A stretch of 53,235 nucleotides of DNA, filler included, from Sphingomonadaceae bacterium (GCA_050261575.1; 3 parts of 3 records of this genome joined end to end with filler, not necessarily neighbours in it); one strand, 5' to 3'. Shown: positions 43,147 to 53,014, counted from the whole stretch's first letter. Notes: generated by a model not told the origin, from the letters alone. A program made the numbers and translations.

Positions 43147-44237
43147 TGGCTGATCCGTGGACAGATGGGGAGAAGGAGAGCCGGGGAGACGCGAAGCTGG
43201 ACGCAGCGGCCGGGCACGGGCCGGCCCGCGCAGAGGGCGAGGCAGAGTCTCCTGCGCCACGTGCTGAGAGTGGTGCGGGACAAGGCAACGATCCTCAGCC
43301 CTCGGCCCTTGGTTCTCAGTACTTGGAATCTGTCCAGAGCACCCGCTATCCCAAGCGGGGCAAGCGGCGCTCTGCACCCCGCTTCGTCCATCCCAGCGAG
43401 GAGGAGTTCGCCCGCATCCTGGACTTCTACCACATCAAGTGGATCTACGAGCCCAGGTCCTTCCCCCTGCGATGGGAGGGGGACCGGGTCACGGAGATGT
43501 TCACCCCGGACTTCTACCTGCCGGGACTGGACCTGTACGTCGAACTCACCACGATGAAGCAGAGCCTCGTCACCCGCAAGAACCGGAAGCTGCGGGAACT
43601 GAAGGAGCTCTACCCCGACGTCAACATCCGGCTCCTCTACAGGAAGGACTACCAGAGCCTGCTGGACAAGTACGGATACCGGGCCATCACCCCCACCGCC
43701 CTGGAGAACATCGACCACGTTCTGCTCAGCGACGAGGAGATCCAGAGGCGGGTCGAGGAGTTGGCGGCGCAGATCTCCCAGGACTACGCCGGTCAGGAAG
43801 TGCGGCTGGTGGGGATCCTGAAGGGTGTGGCCTTCTTCATGACTGACCTCATGAGGCACCTCACCCCGCCGGTGTCCATCGACTACATGTTCATCACCAA
43901 GTACACTCGCAATGGCTCGGAGTCCGACTCCGTCCGGATCCTGAAGGACCTGGATCACTCGATCGAGGGGCAGCACCTGCTGCTGGTGGAGGACATCGTC
44001 GACACCGGGTTCACCCTCCGCTACATCCTCAAGTACCTGCGGGCTCGGAGGCCTGCGAGCCTGCGGGTATGCACCCTGCTGGACAAGCGGGCCCGACGAT
44101 TGGTGGACGTGCCGCTGGACTACGTGGCCTTCGAGATCCCCGATGAGTTCGTGGTGGGATACGGCCTGGACCACCGGGAGCTGTACCGCAACCTGCCCTA
44201 CATCTGCGTGCTGAAGCCCGAGGCCTACAGGGAGTGA
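43146..44237 (+). CDS. hpt: Hypoxanthine phosphoribosyltransferase fused to an N-terminal PD-(D/E)xK-like domain
   Basis: C-terminal VGILKG, LLVEDIVDTGFTL, LLDK, FVVGYGLD. N-terminal SEEEFARILDF..YEP..FTPDFYLP..YVELTT. Confidence 0.9.
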   Translation: MADPWTDGEKESRGDAKLDAAAGHGPARAEGEAESPAPRAESGAGQGNDPQPSALGSQYLESVQSTRYPKRGKRRSAPRFVHPSEEEFARILDFYHIKWIYEPRSFPLRWEGDRVTEMFTPDFYLPGLDLYVELTTMKQSLVTRKNRKLRELKELYPDVNIRLLYRKDYQSLLDKYGYRAITPTALENIDHVLLSDEEIQRRVEELAAQISQDYAGQEVRLVGILKGVAFFMTDLMRHLTPPVSIDYMFITKYTRNGSESDSVRILKDLDHSIEGQHLLLVEDIVDTGFTLRYILKYLRARRPASLRVCTLLDKRARRLVDVPLDYVAFEIPDEFVVGYGLDHRELYRNLPYICVLKPEAYRE

Positions 44238-44433
44238 GGGAAGTGCCTACCTCTCCCACTGACACGCGACGCACACCGGCGTATAGCGCAAACAGAGATT
44301 GCGGTCGATTGCAGGGGCGGACCCGCGTGCCCGCATATGGCGCACACGTAGCGTGACGCGGTCGTGGGGGGGGGGGGGGGGGGGGCGCCGCGCACGCGGC
44401 CCGCCCCGACCCCCAGCGCGAGCCTGGGATGAG

Positions 44434-44533
44434 NNNNNNNNNNNNNNNNNNNNNNNNNNNNNNNNNNNNNNNNNNNNTTAATTAATTAANNNNNNNNNNN
44501 NNNNNNNNNNNNNNNNNNNNNNNNNNNNNNNNN
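44434..44533. other. Assembly gap with artificial linker
   Basis: N-run containing TTAATTAATTAA. Confidence 0.98.
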
Positions 44534-44662
44534 CTCCCCTTCGAGCTAGATATCCCCGCCGCTCTGGTCCGGCGCCGCGGGTGAGGAGGGGCACGCGGTA
44601 TACCGGGGGGGCGCACCGGGGGGACGCGTGCGGCCGCGGCCGCACGCTTCGTACACGATCGT

Positions 44663-45841
44663 CTACTCCAGGCCCATCGCCTGGCGGTAGATCTTGATCA
44701 CGGCCTCGCGGGTCACCCGCACCGGGTTCACCGGCACGTTGCCGCTCTTGAAGGTGTCCTCCACCATCTGATCCAAATACTGGTCGGTGACCCCGTACGG
44801 CTGGAAGGTCTTCGGGATCCCCACGTCCTCGGCCAGCTCCCGCACGGCGACCACTGAAGCCCGCGCCGCCTCCATGGTCGTCATCCCGAAGGTGTCCACG
44901 CCCAGCGCCCTGGCCACGTCGGCGAAGCGATGCGGATTGCCGATCAGGTTGAACTCCATCACGTAGGGCAGCAGGATGGCGTTGGCCACACCGTGGGGCA
45001 CGCCGAAGAAGCCGCTCACCGGATGGCTCATGGAGTGGACGATGGTGACCCGGGTGTTGGCGAAGCCCATGCCAGCGATGGTGCTGGCCAGCACCATGTG
45101 GCTTATCGCCTCCAGGTTGCCGTTGGCTACGGCAGGCCTCAGCCACTCGCCAATCATGCTGATCGCCTTGATGTCCAGGCCGTCGCTTATCGGGTTGGTG
45201 TTCAGGTTAACGTAGGACTCCAGGGCGTGGCAGAGGGCGTCCATGCCGGTGGCAGCCACCACGGGTCCAGGCAGCTTCGTCAGAAGGGTTCCGTCGATCA
45301 GCGCCACCTTGGAGAAGATGTAGGGCGACATGATGGGGAACTTGTAGTGCTTCTCGTCGGTGATGACCGCCGTGGGGGTTACCTCTGCGGCGGTGCCGCA
45401 GGTGGTGGGAACGGCGATGAAGGGAGGGATGGGGTTCTTGAACTTGCCGACCCCTTCCATGGCCCGGATGTCCATGTCCGGGTTGTTGACTACTGCACCG
45501 ACGGCCTTGGCGGTGTCCATCGAGCTCCCGCCGCCCACACCCAGGAGGCAGTCGCATCCGTTGGACTTGTAGGCTGCCACGGCCTCCATCACGCACTTGA
45601 TGCTGGGGTTCGCCTCGACCCCGCTGAAGACCACGTATGGGACTCCTGAGGAATCCAGTCCTTCCTGGATGCTGGTGAGGACGCCAGCACCTTCCACGCC
45701 GCGGTCCGTTACGATCAGGACCTTGCTCCCTCCCAGCTTCTTCAGCTCCTCGCCCGCCTGGCGGGCCACTCCGGGGCCGAAGATCAGCTTGGCAGGCATC
45801 TCCCAGGTGTAGCTGCGACTCAGATCCAGGTCCGTGCCCAT
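44663..45841 (-). CDS. Iron-containing alcohol dehydrogenase
   Basis: GGGSSMDTAK, VPTTCGT, GMDALCHALE, HSMSH, PHGVANA. Confidence 0.95.
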   Translation of the reverse strand: MGTDLDLSRSYTWEMPAKLIFGPGVARQAGEELKKLGGSKVLIVTDRGVEGAGVLTSIQEGLDSSGVPYVVFSGVEANPSIKCVMEAVAAYKSNGCDCLLGVGGGSSMDTAKAVGAVVNNPDMDIRAMEGVGKFKNPIPPFIAVPTTCGTAAEVTPTAVITDEKHYKFPIMSPYIFSKVALIDGTLLTKLPGPVVAATGMDALCHALESYVNLNTNPISDGLDIKAISMIGEWLRPAVANGNLEAISHMVLASTIAGMGFANTRVTIVHSMSHPVSGFFGVPHGVANAILLPYVMEFNLIGNPHRFADVARALGVDTFGMTTMEAARASVVAVRELAEDVGIPKTFQPYGVTDQYLDQMVEDTFKSGNVPVNPVRVTREAVIKIYRQAMGLE

Positions 45842-45966
45842 TCTCCAAACCCTCCTTGTATGGCTATCACTGCTCAGCCTTCCGTGTGCAGCTAGTGGTG
45901 GGTCCTCAAAAAGCCGTCGAAACTGCTTGGCATCGGGGGTGGTTCGTGGCTAGCGCGAGCAGGTTG

Positions 45967-45995
45967 AGCATAGTCGCTAAGTCCAACGGTGTCAA
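45967..45995 (-). promoter_or_regulatory. Sigma70 promoter of the ADH gene
   Basis: TTGACA, 17 nt, TATGCT. Confidence 0.7.
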
Positions 45996-46002
45996 ATTGG
46001 GA

Positions 46003-46011
46003 TGCTATAAT
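46003..46011 (+). promoter_or_regulatory. Extended -10 promoter of mrfAB
   Basis: TG-C-TATAAT, 35 nt upstream of the ATG. Confidence 0.65.
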
Positions 46012-46046
46012 GGTCGCCGCGCCCATCCCCACGCAACGAGGCTCCC

Positions 46047-48305
46047 ATGAACCTGGTCCAGGCCGTCGACAGTCTCCTCGCCTCCGACTTCGCGGACGGG
46101 ATCACCGCCCACCAACGGATACCCGCCCGCGAGGCGGTCTACTCTCCTTTCCCGCAGGGCACCGATCACCGGTTGATCGCCGTGCTGAGGGATCGCGGCA
46201 TCCACTCCCTCTACTCCCACCAGGCGGAGTCGATGGCCCACGTGCAGGCGGGCAGACACCTGGTGGTGGTCACTCCGACGGCGTCGGGGAAGACCCTCTG
46301 CTACAACGCGCCGGTCCTGGACGCCATCTTGAAGGAGCCCGAGACCCGGGCCCTCTACCTATTCCCTACTAAGGCGCTCTCCCAGGACCAACTGGCCGAG
46401 CTTCACGCCCTGGTGGAGGCGCTGGGGGTCGACATAAAGACCTACACCTACGATGGCGACACCCCGGCCACGGCGCGCCGGATCGTTCGCTCCGCCGGCC
46501 ACATCGTGGTCACCAATCCGGATATGCTCCACGCCGGCATCCTGCCCCACCACTCGAAGTGGGTGAAGCTGTTCGAGAACCTCAGGTACGTGGTGGTGGA
46601 CGAGCTGCACACCTACCGGGGAGTGTTCGGCAGCCACCTGGGCAACCTGCTGCGGCGCCTCAAGCGGGTGTGCCGGCACTACGGCTCCGATCCCCAGTTC
46701 ATCTGCTGCTCTGCGACCATCGCTAACCCAAAGGAGTTGGCGGAGCGGCTGCTGGAGGAGTCGGTGGAGCTGGTGGACAGGAGCGGGGCCCCCTCCGGCT
46801 CCCGAGACGTGCTGTTCTACAACCCGCCGGTGCTGAACCGCCAACTGGGCATCCGGCGCAGCGCCCTGCTGGAGGCTCGCCGGATCGCCGAGCGCTTCCT
46901 GGTGCCGAACGACATCCAGACCATCCTCTTTGGCCGATCCCGTCTCTCGGTGGAGGTGCTGCTTACCTACATGAAGGAGACCGCCGCGCGCTGCAGGAAG
47001 CCGGAGTGGACGGTACGTGGCTATCGGGGAGGGTATCTCCCCAACGAGCGGCGGAGCATCGAGCGAGGCATCAGGGAGGGCTCCATCCGGACCGTGGTGA
47101 GCACCAACGCCCTGGAGTTGGGGATCGACATCGGGGGGCTGGAGGCCAGCGTCCTGGTGGGCTACCCCGGCACCATCGCGAGTGCGTGGCAGCAGATGGG
47201 CCGCGCCGGGCGGCGGCGAGGTCACTCCCTCTCCATGTTCGTCGCCACCAGCGACCCGCTGGACCAGTACATCGTGAGCCATCCAGACTACTTCTTCGGC
47301 CAATCCCCGGAGAGCGGTCTGGTGAATCCGGATAACCTGTTGGTGATGATGGACCATATCAAGTGCTCGGCCTTCGAGCTACCCTTCAGAGAGGGGGAAA
47401 CCTTCGGCACGGTGCCGGTGAGGGAGATGCTGGAGTACCTCGAGGAGGAGAGGGTGCTTCACCGTGCCGGGGATCGCTGGTACTGGATGAGCGAGACCTT
47501 CCCCGCCGAGTCGGTGGGGCTGCGGGTGGCGGCGCGGGAGAACTTCGTCATCGTAGATACCACCGATCCCAAGCCACGGGTGATAGGGGAGGTGGATCGG
47601 TTTGCTGCGCCGATGCTGATCCACGAGGAGGCCATCTACCTGCACGGCGGCGAGCAGTACCAGGTGGAGAGGCTGGACTACGAGAACAAGAAGGCCTACG
47701 TGCGCCACGTGGACGTGGACTACTACACCGACGCCAACCTGGCGGTGAACTTGGCGGTGCTGGACGAGTTCGAGCGAGCAGCGGAGGGGGCGGCCGTCCG
47801 ATCCCACGGCGAGGTCAACGTGACCGCTCTGGCGACTATCTTCAAGAAGATAAAACTTGACTCTCACGAGAATATCGGCTCCGGGCCGATTCATCTGCCC
47901 GAGGAATCGATGCACACGACGGCCTACTGGCTATCGCTGCAGCCGGAGGCGACGGCGGGGCTGGGCAGGGACGAGCTGCAGGCTGGGCTGCTGGGGATGG
48001 CCAACGCCCTGGGGATCGTGGCCACGGTGGCGCTGATGTGCGACCGCCGCGACCTCCGCACCGCCGTCGAGGTGTGCTCGCCACATACCGGGGCCCCCAC
48101 GGTCTTTCTATACGAGGCGTACCCCGGCGGTGTGGGCTTCGCCCGGAAGCTGTACCGGATGCACCACACTCTGCTGGAGGAGGCCCACCGACTGGTTGCC
48201 TCCTGCGATTGCGAGCGTGGCTGCCCCTCCTGCGTCGGGCCGCTGCTCGAGGTGGGCGAGGGGGCCAAGGGGGCGACCAGGCGGATGCTGGAGAGGGTGC
48301 TGTAG
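46047..48305 (+). CDS. mrfA: DExH helicase with DUF1998/MZB Zn domain (MrfA/YprA/Hrq1 family)
   Basis: PTASGKT, DELH, SATIANP, QQMGRAGR, C-terminal YPGGVG...CDCERGCPSC. Confidence 0.93.
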   Translation: MNLVQAVDSLLASDFADGITAHQRIPAREAVYSPFPQGTDHRLIAVLRDRGIHSLYSHQAESMAHVQAGRHLVVVTPTASGKTLCYNAPVLDAILKEPETRALYLFPTKALSQDQLAELHALVEALGVDIKTYTYDGDTPATARRIVRSAGHIVVTNPDMLHAGILPHHSKWVKLFENLRYVVVDELHTYRGVFGSHLGNLLRRLKRVCRHYGSDPQFICCSATIANPKELAERLLEESVELVDRSGAPSGSRDVLFYNPPVLNRQLGIRRSALLEARRIAERFLVPNDIQTILFGRSRLSVEVLLTYMKETAARCRKPEWTVRGYRGGYLPNERRSIERGIREGSIRTVVSTNALELGIDIGGLEASVLVGYPGTIASAWQQMGRAGRRRGHSLSMFVATSDPLDQYIVSHPDYFFGQSPESGLVNPDNLLVMMDHIKCSAFELPFREGETFGTVPVREMLEYLEEERVLHRAGDRWYWMSETFPAESVGLRVAARENFVIVDTTDPKPRVIGEVDRFAAPMLIHEEAIYLHGGEQYQVERLDYENKKAYVRHVDVDYYTDANLAVNLAVLDEFERAAEGAAVRSHGEVNVTALATIFKKIKLDSHENIGSGPIHLPEESMHTTAYWLSLQPEATAGLGRDELQAGLLGMANALGIVATVALMCDRRDLRTAVEVCSPHTGAPTVFLYEAYPGGVGFARKLYRMHHTLLEEAHRLVASCDCERGCPSCVGPLLEVGEGAKGATRRMLERVL

Positions 48306-48310
48306 GGGGT

Positions 48311-49630
48311 ATGAGCGACCTCCGCGCGCGCCTTGCTCGCCTGGGCTACCGGCTGGCGTCGGAGCCGGCAGCACACGACGAGCAGGCTGAGACGGCGAGG
48401 ATGCATCCCTCGCCCCGCGGCCTGTCACCGGAAGGCCGCGCCTCTCCCTCATGGAGAGTGGGATCGTCCATCGACCAGGTGGTGGACGGCAGCTACCTGG
48501 AGACCCCCCGCGGCAACTGCTTCGTGGTGGAGCGCGCGTACCCCGCCGGCCACCCCCATGGCGCCTACCGGGTGGACGAGGCGCTGGAGGTGGAGCCGGA
48601 GCAGCTCCTCTGGCTGGGCAGGGACCCCCGCCTTGCGGAGATGGACCTCGCCCGTTTCGCATTCGTGGACACCGAGACCACGGGGCTCGCCGGAGGCACG
48701 GGCACCTACGCCTTCCTCATAGGGCTCGGCTACTTCCAGGGTGGCCGCTTCGTGGTGCGCCAGTTCTTCATGGAGGACCTCGACGCCGAGGAGGCCGCGC
48801 TCCACGCGTTTGCCGAGTCGCTGCGCTCCCTGGAGGGGCTCGTCACCTTCAACGGCAAGGCGTTCGACCTCCCCCTCCTGGAGACCCGCTTCCAGATGGC
48901 CCGCATCCCCTTCCCCCTGCGGGATGCACCCCACCTGGACCTCCTCTTCCCCTCTCGCCGCCTGTGGAAGGATCGGCTGGATAGCTGCGCCCTCTCGTCT
49001 CTGGAGATCGAGATCTTGGGGGTGGAGAGGGAGGGCGACGTGCCCGGCTGGCTGATCCCCAGCCTCTACTTCGGCTACCTGCGGGACCGCGATGCCCGTC
49101 CCCTGGCGCCCGTCTTCGAGCACAACCGCATCGACCTTCTCTCCCTTGCCACCCTGGCGACGCGGCTTGCCCGCCAGCACGCGGATCCCTTCCACCCAGA
49201 GATGGAGGACCCCCGCGACTTGGCTGCCCTGGGGGTGGTCTTCGAGGGGCTCGGGCTGCCCGAGCGTGCCGCGCTCTGCTACGAGCGGGCGGTGGCGCTG
49301 GCGACGTCTGGCGAGCTACGCGGTCGGGCGATGGTGCGGCTGGGCACCATCTACAAGCGGCTGCGGCTCCGGGGAGACGCCATCGCCATCTGGGAGCGGC
49401 TGGCCGCCAGCGGCCACGCCTACACCCTGGTGGCATTCGTGGAGATGGCCAAGCACTACGAGCACGTGGCCAAGGATTACCAGAAGGCGGAACGGGTTAC
49501 CTTGCAGGCCCTGGCTGCCCTGGAGCTGCGGGCCTCGCGGTTCGAGCCGTGGCGGGCGGAGCAGCAGCGGCGAGAGCTGGAGCATCGGTTGGCGAGGCTT
49601 CGGCGGAGACTGGGAAGGCGCCTGGCGTAG
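48311..49630 (+). CDS. mrfB: RNase H-like DEDD exonuclease with TPR (MrfB/YprB)
   Basis: DTETTGLAGGTGTYAFL, TFNGKAFD, HLDLL, HNRIDL, C-terminal AKHYEH. Confidence 0.92.
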   Translation: MSDLRARLARLGYRLASEPAAHDEQAETARMHPSPRGLSPEGRASPSWRVGSSIDQVVDGSYLETPRGNCFVVERAYPAGHPHGAYRVDEALEVEPEQLLWLGRDPRLAEMDLARFAFVDTETTGLAGGTGTYAFLIGLGYFQGGRFVVRQFFMEDLDAEEAALHAFAESLRSLEGLVTFNGKAFDLPLLETRFQMARIPFPLRDAPHLDLLFPSRRLWKDRLDSCALSSLEIEILGVEREGDVPGWLIPSLYFGYLRDRDARPLAPVFEHNRIDLLSLATLATRLARQHADPFHPEMEDPRDLAALGVVFEGLGLPERAALCYERAVALATSGELRGRAMVRLGTIYKRLRLRGDAIAIWERLAASGHAYTLVAFVEMAKHYEHVAKDYQKAERVTLQALAALELRASRFEPWRAEQQRRELEHRLARLRRRLGRRLA

Positions 49631-49638
49631 CCGCGCAG

Positions 49639-49678
49639 CGAGCCGTCGTCGGCGAGATCCCTCGGCGACGACGGCTCG
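49639..49678. terminator. Hairpin between convergent genes
   Basis: CGAGCCGTCGTCG / CGACGACGGCTCG, 13-bp stem. Confidence 0.55.
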
Positions 49679-49745
49679 AACGTTCCCACGCAGACGCGCG
49701 GGATGCTTCGGGTGCGTGTGGCGGCGAACTCGCCGCCGCGCCCAC

Positions 49746-51266
49746 TTAGCTCCTGGTGGTGGTCCCCTCCCAGGTGGAGACCTTCGTGGCGACCTTGTCC
49801 GCCTCGGAGAACCACCGGCTGGTCACGCATTTGACCTCTGTGTAGAAGTCGATGCCGTCCATCCCCAGCACGTGCTTGTCCCCGAAGAAGCTCTCCTTGT
49901 GGCCGGCGAACGGGAAGAAGGACACAGGCACCGGAATGCCCACGTTGATCCCCACCATCCCACCGTGGGTCCTCCGCGCGAACTCCCGCGCGTAGTAGCC
50001 GCTCTCCGTGAAGATGCAGCTCCCGTTGGCGAACCGGCTGGCGTTGGCTATCGCAAGCCCCTCCTCGAAGTCGTCTATCCGCTTGATGAAGCAGACCGGG
50101 CCGAACACCTCCTCCCGGCCGCAGGCCATCTCCTCCGTCACCCGGTCGAAGATCGTGGGGCCCACGAAGAAGCCCCCTTCGAAGCCCGGCACCACCACGT
50201 TCCGACCGTCTAGGATCAGGTCGGCCCCCTCCTCAACCCCCTTCGCTATCCAGTCGGTCACGAACTTCTTGTGCTCGGCACTGACCACCGGCCCCAACTC
50301 CGTCTTGGGATCGTAGGCGCAGCCGATCACGCGCTCCTTGGCGAAGCGCACCAGGTACTCCACGAACTGGTCGGCGACGGCGTTCTCCACGCACACCACC
50401 GGCAGCGCCATGCAGCGCATCCCCGCGCAGCCGAAGGTGGAGTTGATGATCCCCCTCGCCGCGCGCTCCAGGGCCGCGTCCCGCAGCACGATCCCGTGGT
50501 TCTTCGCCTCCGTCTGGGCCTGCACCCTCTTGCCGTGGGCTGCCGCTCGGGAGTACACCTGCTTGCCCACCGGGGTGGACCCCACGAAGGTCACCCCCTT
50601 CACGTCTGGGTGGGTGAGGAGGATGTCGGCTTCGTTGCGGCCGCAGGTGACCATGTTGACCACCCCCCTGGGCAGCCCCGCCTGCTGCAGCAGCTCGATC
50701 AGCCTCACACTGCTCAGAGGCACCATGCTGGCGGCCTTAAGCACGTAGGTGTTGCCGGTCACGATCGCCATGGGGATCATCCAGCCGAAAGGGATCATGG
50801 CCGGGAAGTTGAAGGGGGCGATCCCCGCGAAGACGCCGAGCGGCTCCCGGTACATCACAGTGTCGTGGCCGGTGGAGACGTTCATGAGGGCGCGACCCTG
50901 CATCAGCATCGGAGCCGCCACGGCCGTCTCGCACGCCTCGATGATCTTGATGTACTCGCCCCTCGACTCGTCCAGGTTCTTGCCCAACTCTTGGGAGGTG
51001 ACGAAGGTAAGCTCGTCGATGTGCTGCTCGATCAGGCTCTTCCACTTGAACAGGACCTGCGTGCGGACCGCGACGGGCTTGTCGGCCCAGGCGGGGAAGG
51101 CGGCGGCGGCGGCGGAGATGGCCTCTCCCACCTCGTCGGCCGTGCAGGCGGGGGCCTCGGCGATCACCTCGCCGGTGCTGGAGTCGGTGACCGGCATGTA
51201 CCTGCTGGTCTTCGACTCCTTCCACTCGCCATCCACGAAGTATTTGAGTCGCTTTATTTCTGGCAT
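49746..51266 (-). CDS. mmsA: CoA-acylating (methyl)malonate-semialdehyde dehydrogenase (MmsA/IolA family); ATG at 51281 also possible
   Basis: APFNFPAMIP, FVGSTPVG, AKNH, GCAGMRCMA, EEVFGP, GMVGINVGIPVP. Confidence 0.92.
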   Translation of the reverse strand: MPEIKRLKYFVDGEWKESKTSRYMPVTDSSTGEVIAEAPACTADEVGEAISAAAAAFPAWADKPVAVRTQVLFKWKSLIEQHIDELTFVTSQELGKNLDESRGEYIKIIEACETAVAAPMLMQGRALMNVSTGHDTVMYREPLGVFAGIAPFNFPAMIPFGWMIPMAIVTGNTYVLKAASMVPLSSVRLIELLQQAGLPRGVVNMVTCGRNEADILLTHPDVKGVTFVGSTPVGKQVYSRAAAHGKRVQAQTEAKNHGIVLRDAALERAARGIINSTFGCAGMRCMALPVVCVENAVADQFVEYLVRFAKERVIGCAYDPKTELGPVVSAEHKKFVTDWIAKGVEEGADLILDGRNVVVPGFEGGFFVGPTIFDRVTEEMACGREEVFGPVCFIKRIDDFEEGLAIANASRFANGSCIFTESGYYAREFARRTHGGMVGINVGIPVPVSFFPFAGHKESFFGDKHVLGMDGIDFYTEVKCVTSRWFSEADKVATKVSTWEGTTTRS

Positions 51267-51317
51267 TGCAGATTTCTCCATTCTGCGGGATTCCGAGGCA
51301 ATAGTCGGTCGATCGTC

Positions 51318-52979
51318 CTACCACCACACGGGCTGGACGTTGAGATCCGTCACCACGTCCACGAGCGCGGGCTTGCCGGAGTTGAGGGCGGTCTCGAGGG
51401 CGGACCGGATTTCGGAGGGGTGCTCCACCCTGATCCCCACGCAGCCCATCTCGCGGGCCACTGCGGCCAGATCCGTGGGCCTGAACACCCACATCTCGTG
51501 AGATCTGCCTCTCTGGACTCCGCCGTAGGCGCGATCGAACCCCTTCTTCACCTGCTGGAGCGCCCCGTTGTTGTTCACGACGATGACGGCGTTGATGCCG
51601 AAACGGGCGGCTGTCTCCAACTCGGCAAGGTGGTAGAGAAGGCCGCCGTCGCCCGTGAAGCAGAAGACCGGTCTATCGGGAAGGGCGCACTTGGCGCCCA
51701 GGGTGCCGGGGAATGCCCAGCCGAGGGTGCCGGCGCACCGGATGTATCGCTGGCCAGGATGCTTCAACTCGACCATCGTGCCGCTCCAGATGGCGGCATG
51801 GCCGGTGTCGGCCACGAGAACGGCGTCCTCCGGAAGGAAATCGGTGAGCTCCTTGCAGAGCCGCTCCGGCCTGATCGGCACGGCGTCGGAGAGCCGGTCG
51901 GGCTCCACTTCCGCGCGCCACTGCTGCAGCATCTCCTGGGCGTGCCGGACCCATCCCTGCCGGCCGGATGAGGGTTGCACGACCTCCAGCAGCCGCTGCA
52001 GGGCGACCTTGGCGTCCCCGACGATGCCGACCTCGACGGGATAGTTCCTTCCCACCTCAGCAGGATTGATGTCGAGATGCAGCACTCGGGCGGACGGGGA
52101 TGGATACCGCCAGTTGGCGGTGGTCAGGCCTCCCGCCCTGCTCCCAACGAAGAACACCAGGTCCGCCTCTTCCACAGTCCGGTTGGTGCTCCACCGGCCG
52201 TAGCTGCCCACCATGCCGATGGAGAGGGGATGGTCCTCGGGGATCGTGCCCTTTCCGGTGGGGGATGTGGCCACTGGGATGGATAGCCTCTCGGCGAGCC
52301 TCACCACCTCCGCCTGCGCCCCCGAGGCGATTACCCCGCCCCCGGCCACGATCACCGGCCTCTCAGCCGAGGCGAGGCTCCGAGCGGCCTGCTGTACCTG
52401 CCCCGCGATCGGCTCCGGCCGATACGCTGGGAAGCTGCTGAACTGCTCCTCGACGACGACTGCGGCCTCGCACTCGCCGTTGATGCCCTCCCCCAGCCTG
52501 CCAGGTAGCTCCAGGTGGACGGGACCGGGGGTGCCAGTGGTGGCCATGCGGAACGCCTGCCTGAGCAGGTCAGGCAGCCTGGTGGGCTTCTCCACCATGG
52601 CGTTGAACTTGGTGACCGGCTCGAACATCGGGAAGTCGTCGATCACCTGGTACAGGTAGCGGTATCGCGAGTCGGGTTGGGGACCGCCGGTGACGGCAAT
52701 GACCGGGGACGAGGAGAGGAAGGCGTCTCTCAGTCCCGCGGCGAGGTTCGCCGCACCGACCGACTGCCCCATGCAGATGCCGGGCTTTCGGGCGGCGCGG
52801 GCGTAGCCGTCGGCCATGTAGGCGGCGGCGATCTCGTGGTGGGTGGTGACCCGCCGGATGCCCATATCCTCCATGGCGGCCATGGCTGAGTGGAAGATGG
52901 CCGGCACCATGAAGATGTGCGAGATCCCATGTCCCTGGATGGTTTGCGCGAACAGCTCCGCGGTAGTGGTCTTCGCCAT
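51318..52979 (-). CDS. Thiamine-pyrophosphate-dependent enzyme (acetolactate synthase-like)
   Basis: ATG after GGAGG. HEIAAAYMADGYAR, GPVHLELP, GDGG...VVNNN TPP motif. Confidence 0.9.
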   Translation of the reverse strand: MAKTTTAELFAQTIQGHGISHIFMVPAIFHSAMAAMEDMGIRRVTTHHEIAAAYMADGYARAARKPGICMGQSVGAANLAAGLRDAFLSSSPVIAVTGGPQPDSRYRYLYQVIDDFPMFEPVTKFNAMVEKPTRLPDLLRQAFRMATTGTPGPVHLELPGRLGEGINGECEAAVVVEEQFSSFPAYRPEPIAGQVQQAARSLASAERPVIVAGGGVIASGAQAEVVRLAERLSIPVATSPTGKGTIPEDHPLSIGMVGSYGRWSTNRTVEEADLVFFVGSRAGGLTTANWRYPSPSARVLHLDINPAEVGRNYPVEVGIVGDAKVALQRLLEVVQPSSGRQGWVRHAQEMLQQWRAEVEPDRLSDAVPIRPERLCKELTDFLPEDAVLVADTGHAAIWSGTMVELKHPGQRYIRCAGTLGWAFPGTLGAKCALPDRPVFCFTGDGGLLYHLAELETAARFGINAVIVVNNNGALQQVKKGFDRAYGGVQRGRSHEMWVFRPTDLAAVAREMGCVGIRVEHPSEIRSALETALNSGKPALVDVVTDLNVQPVWW

Positions 52980-53014
52980 GAGGTTACCTCCGAACAACAA
53001 TGCTGAATGGTGCC

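Noticed and set aside
46047..49630. DUF1998 helicase as an anti-phage system (DISARM/Druantia)
   Set aside because: Fused helicase-DUF1998 followed by a YprB exonuclease is the known MrfAB repair pair. No methylase or other defence genes are nearby.
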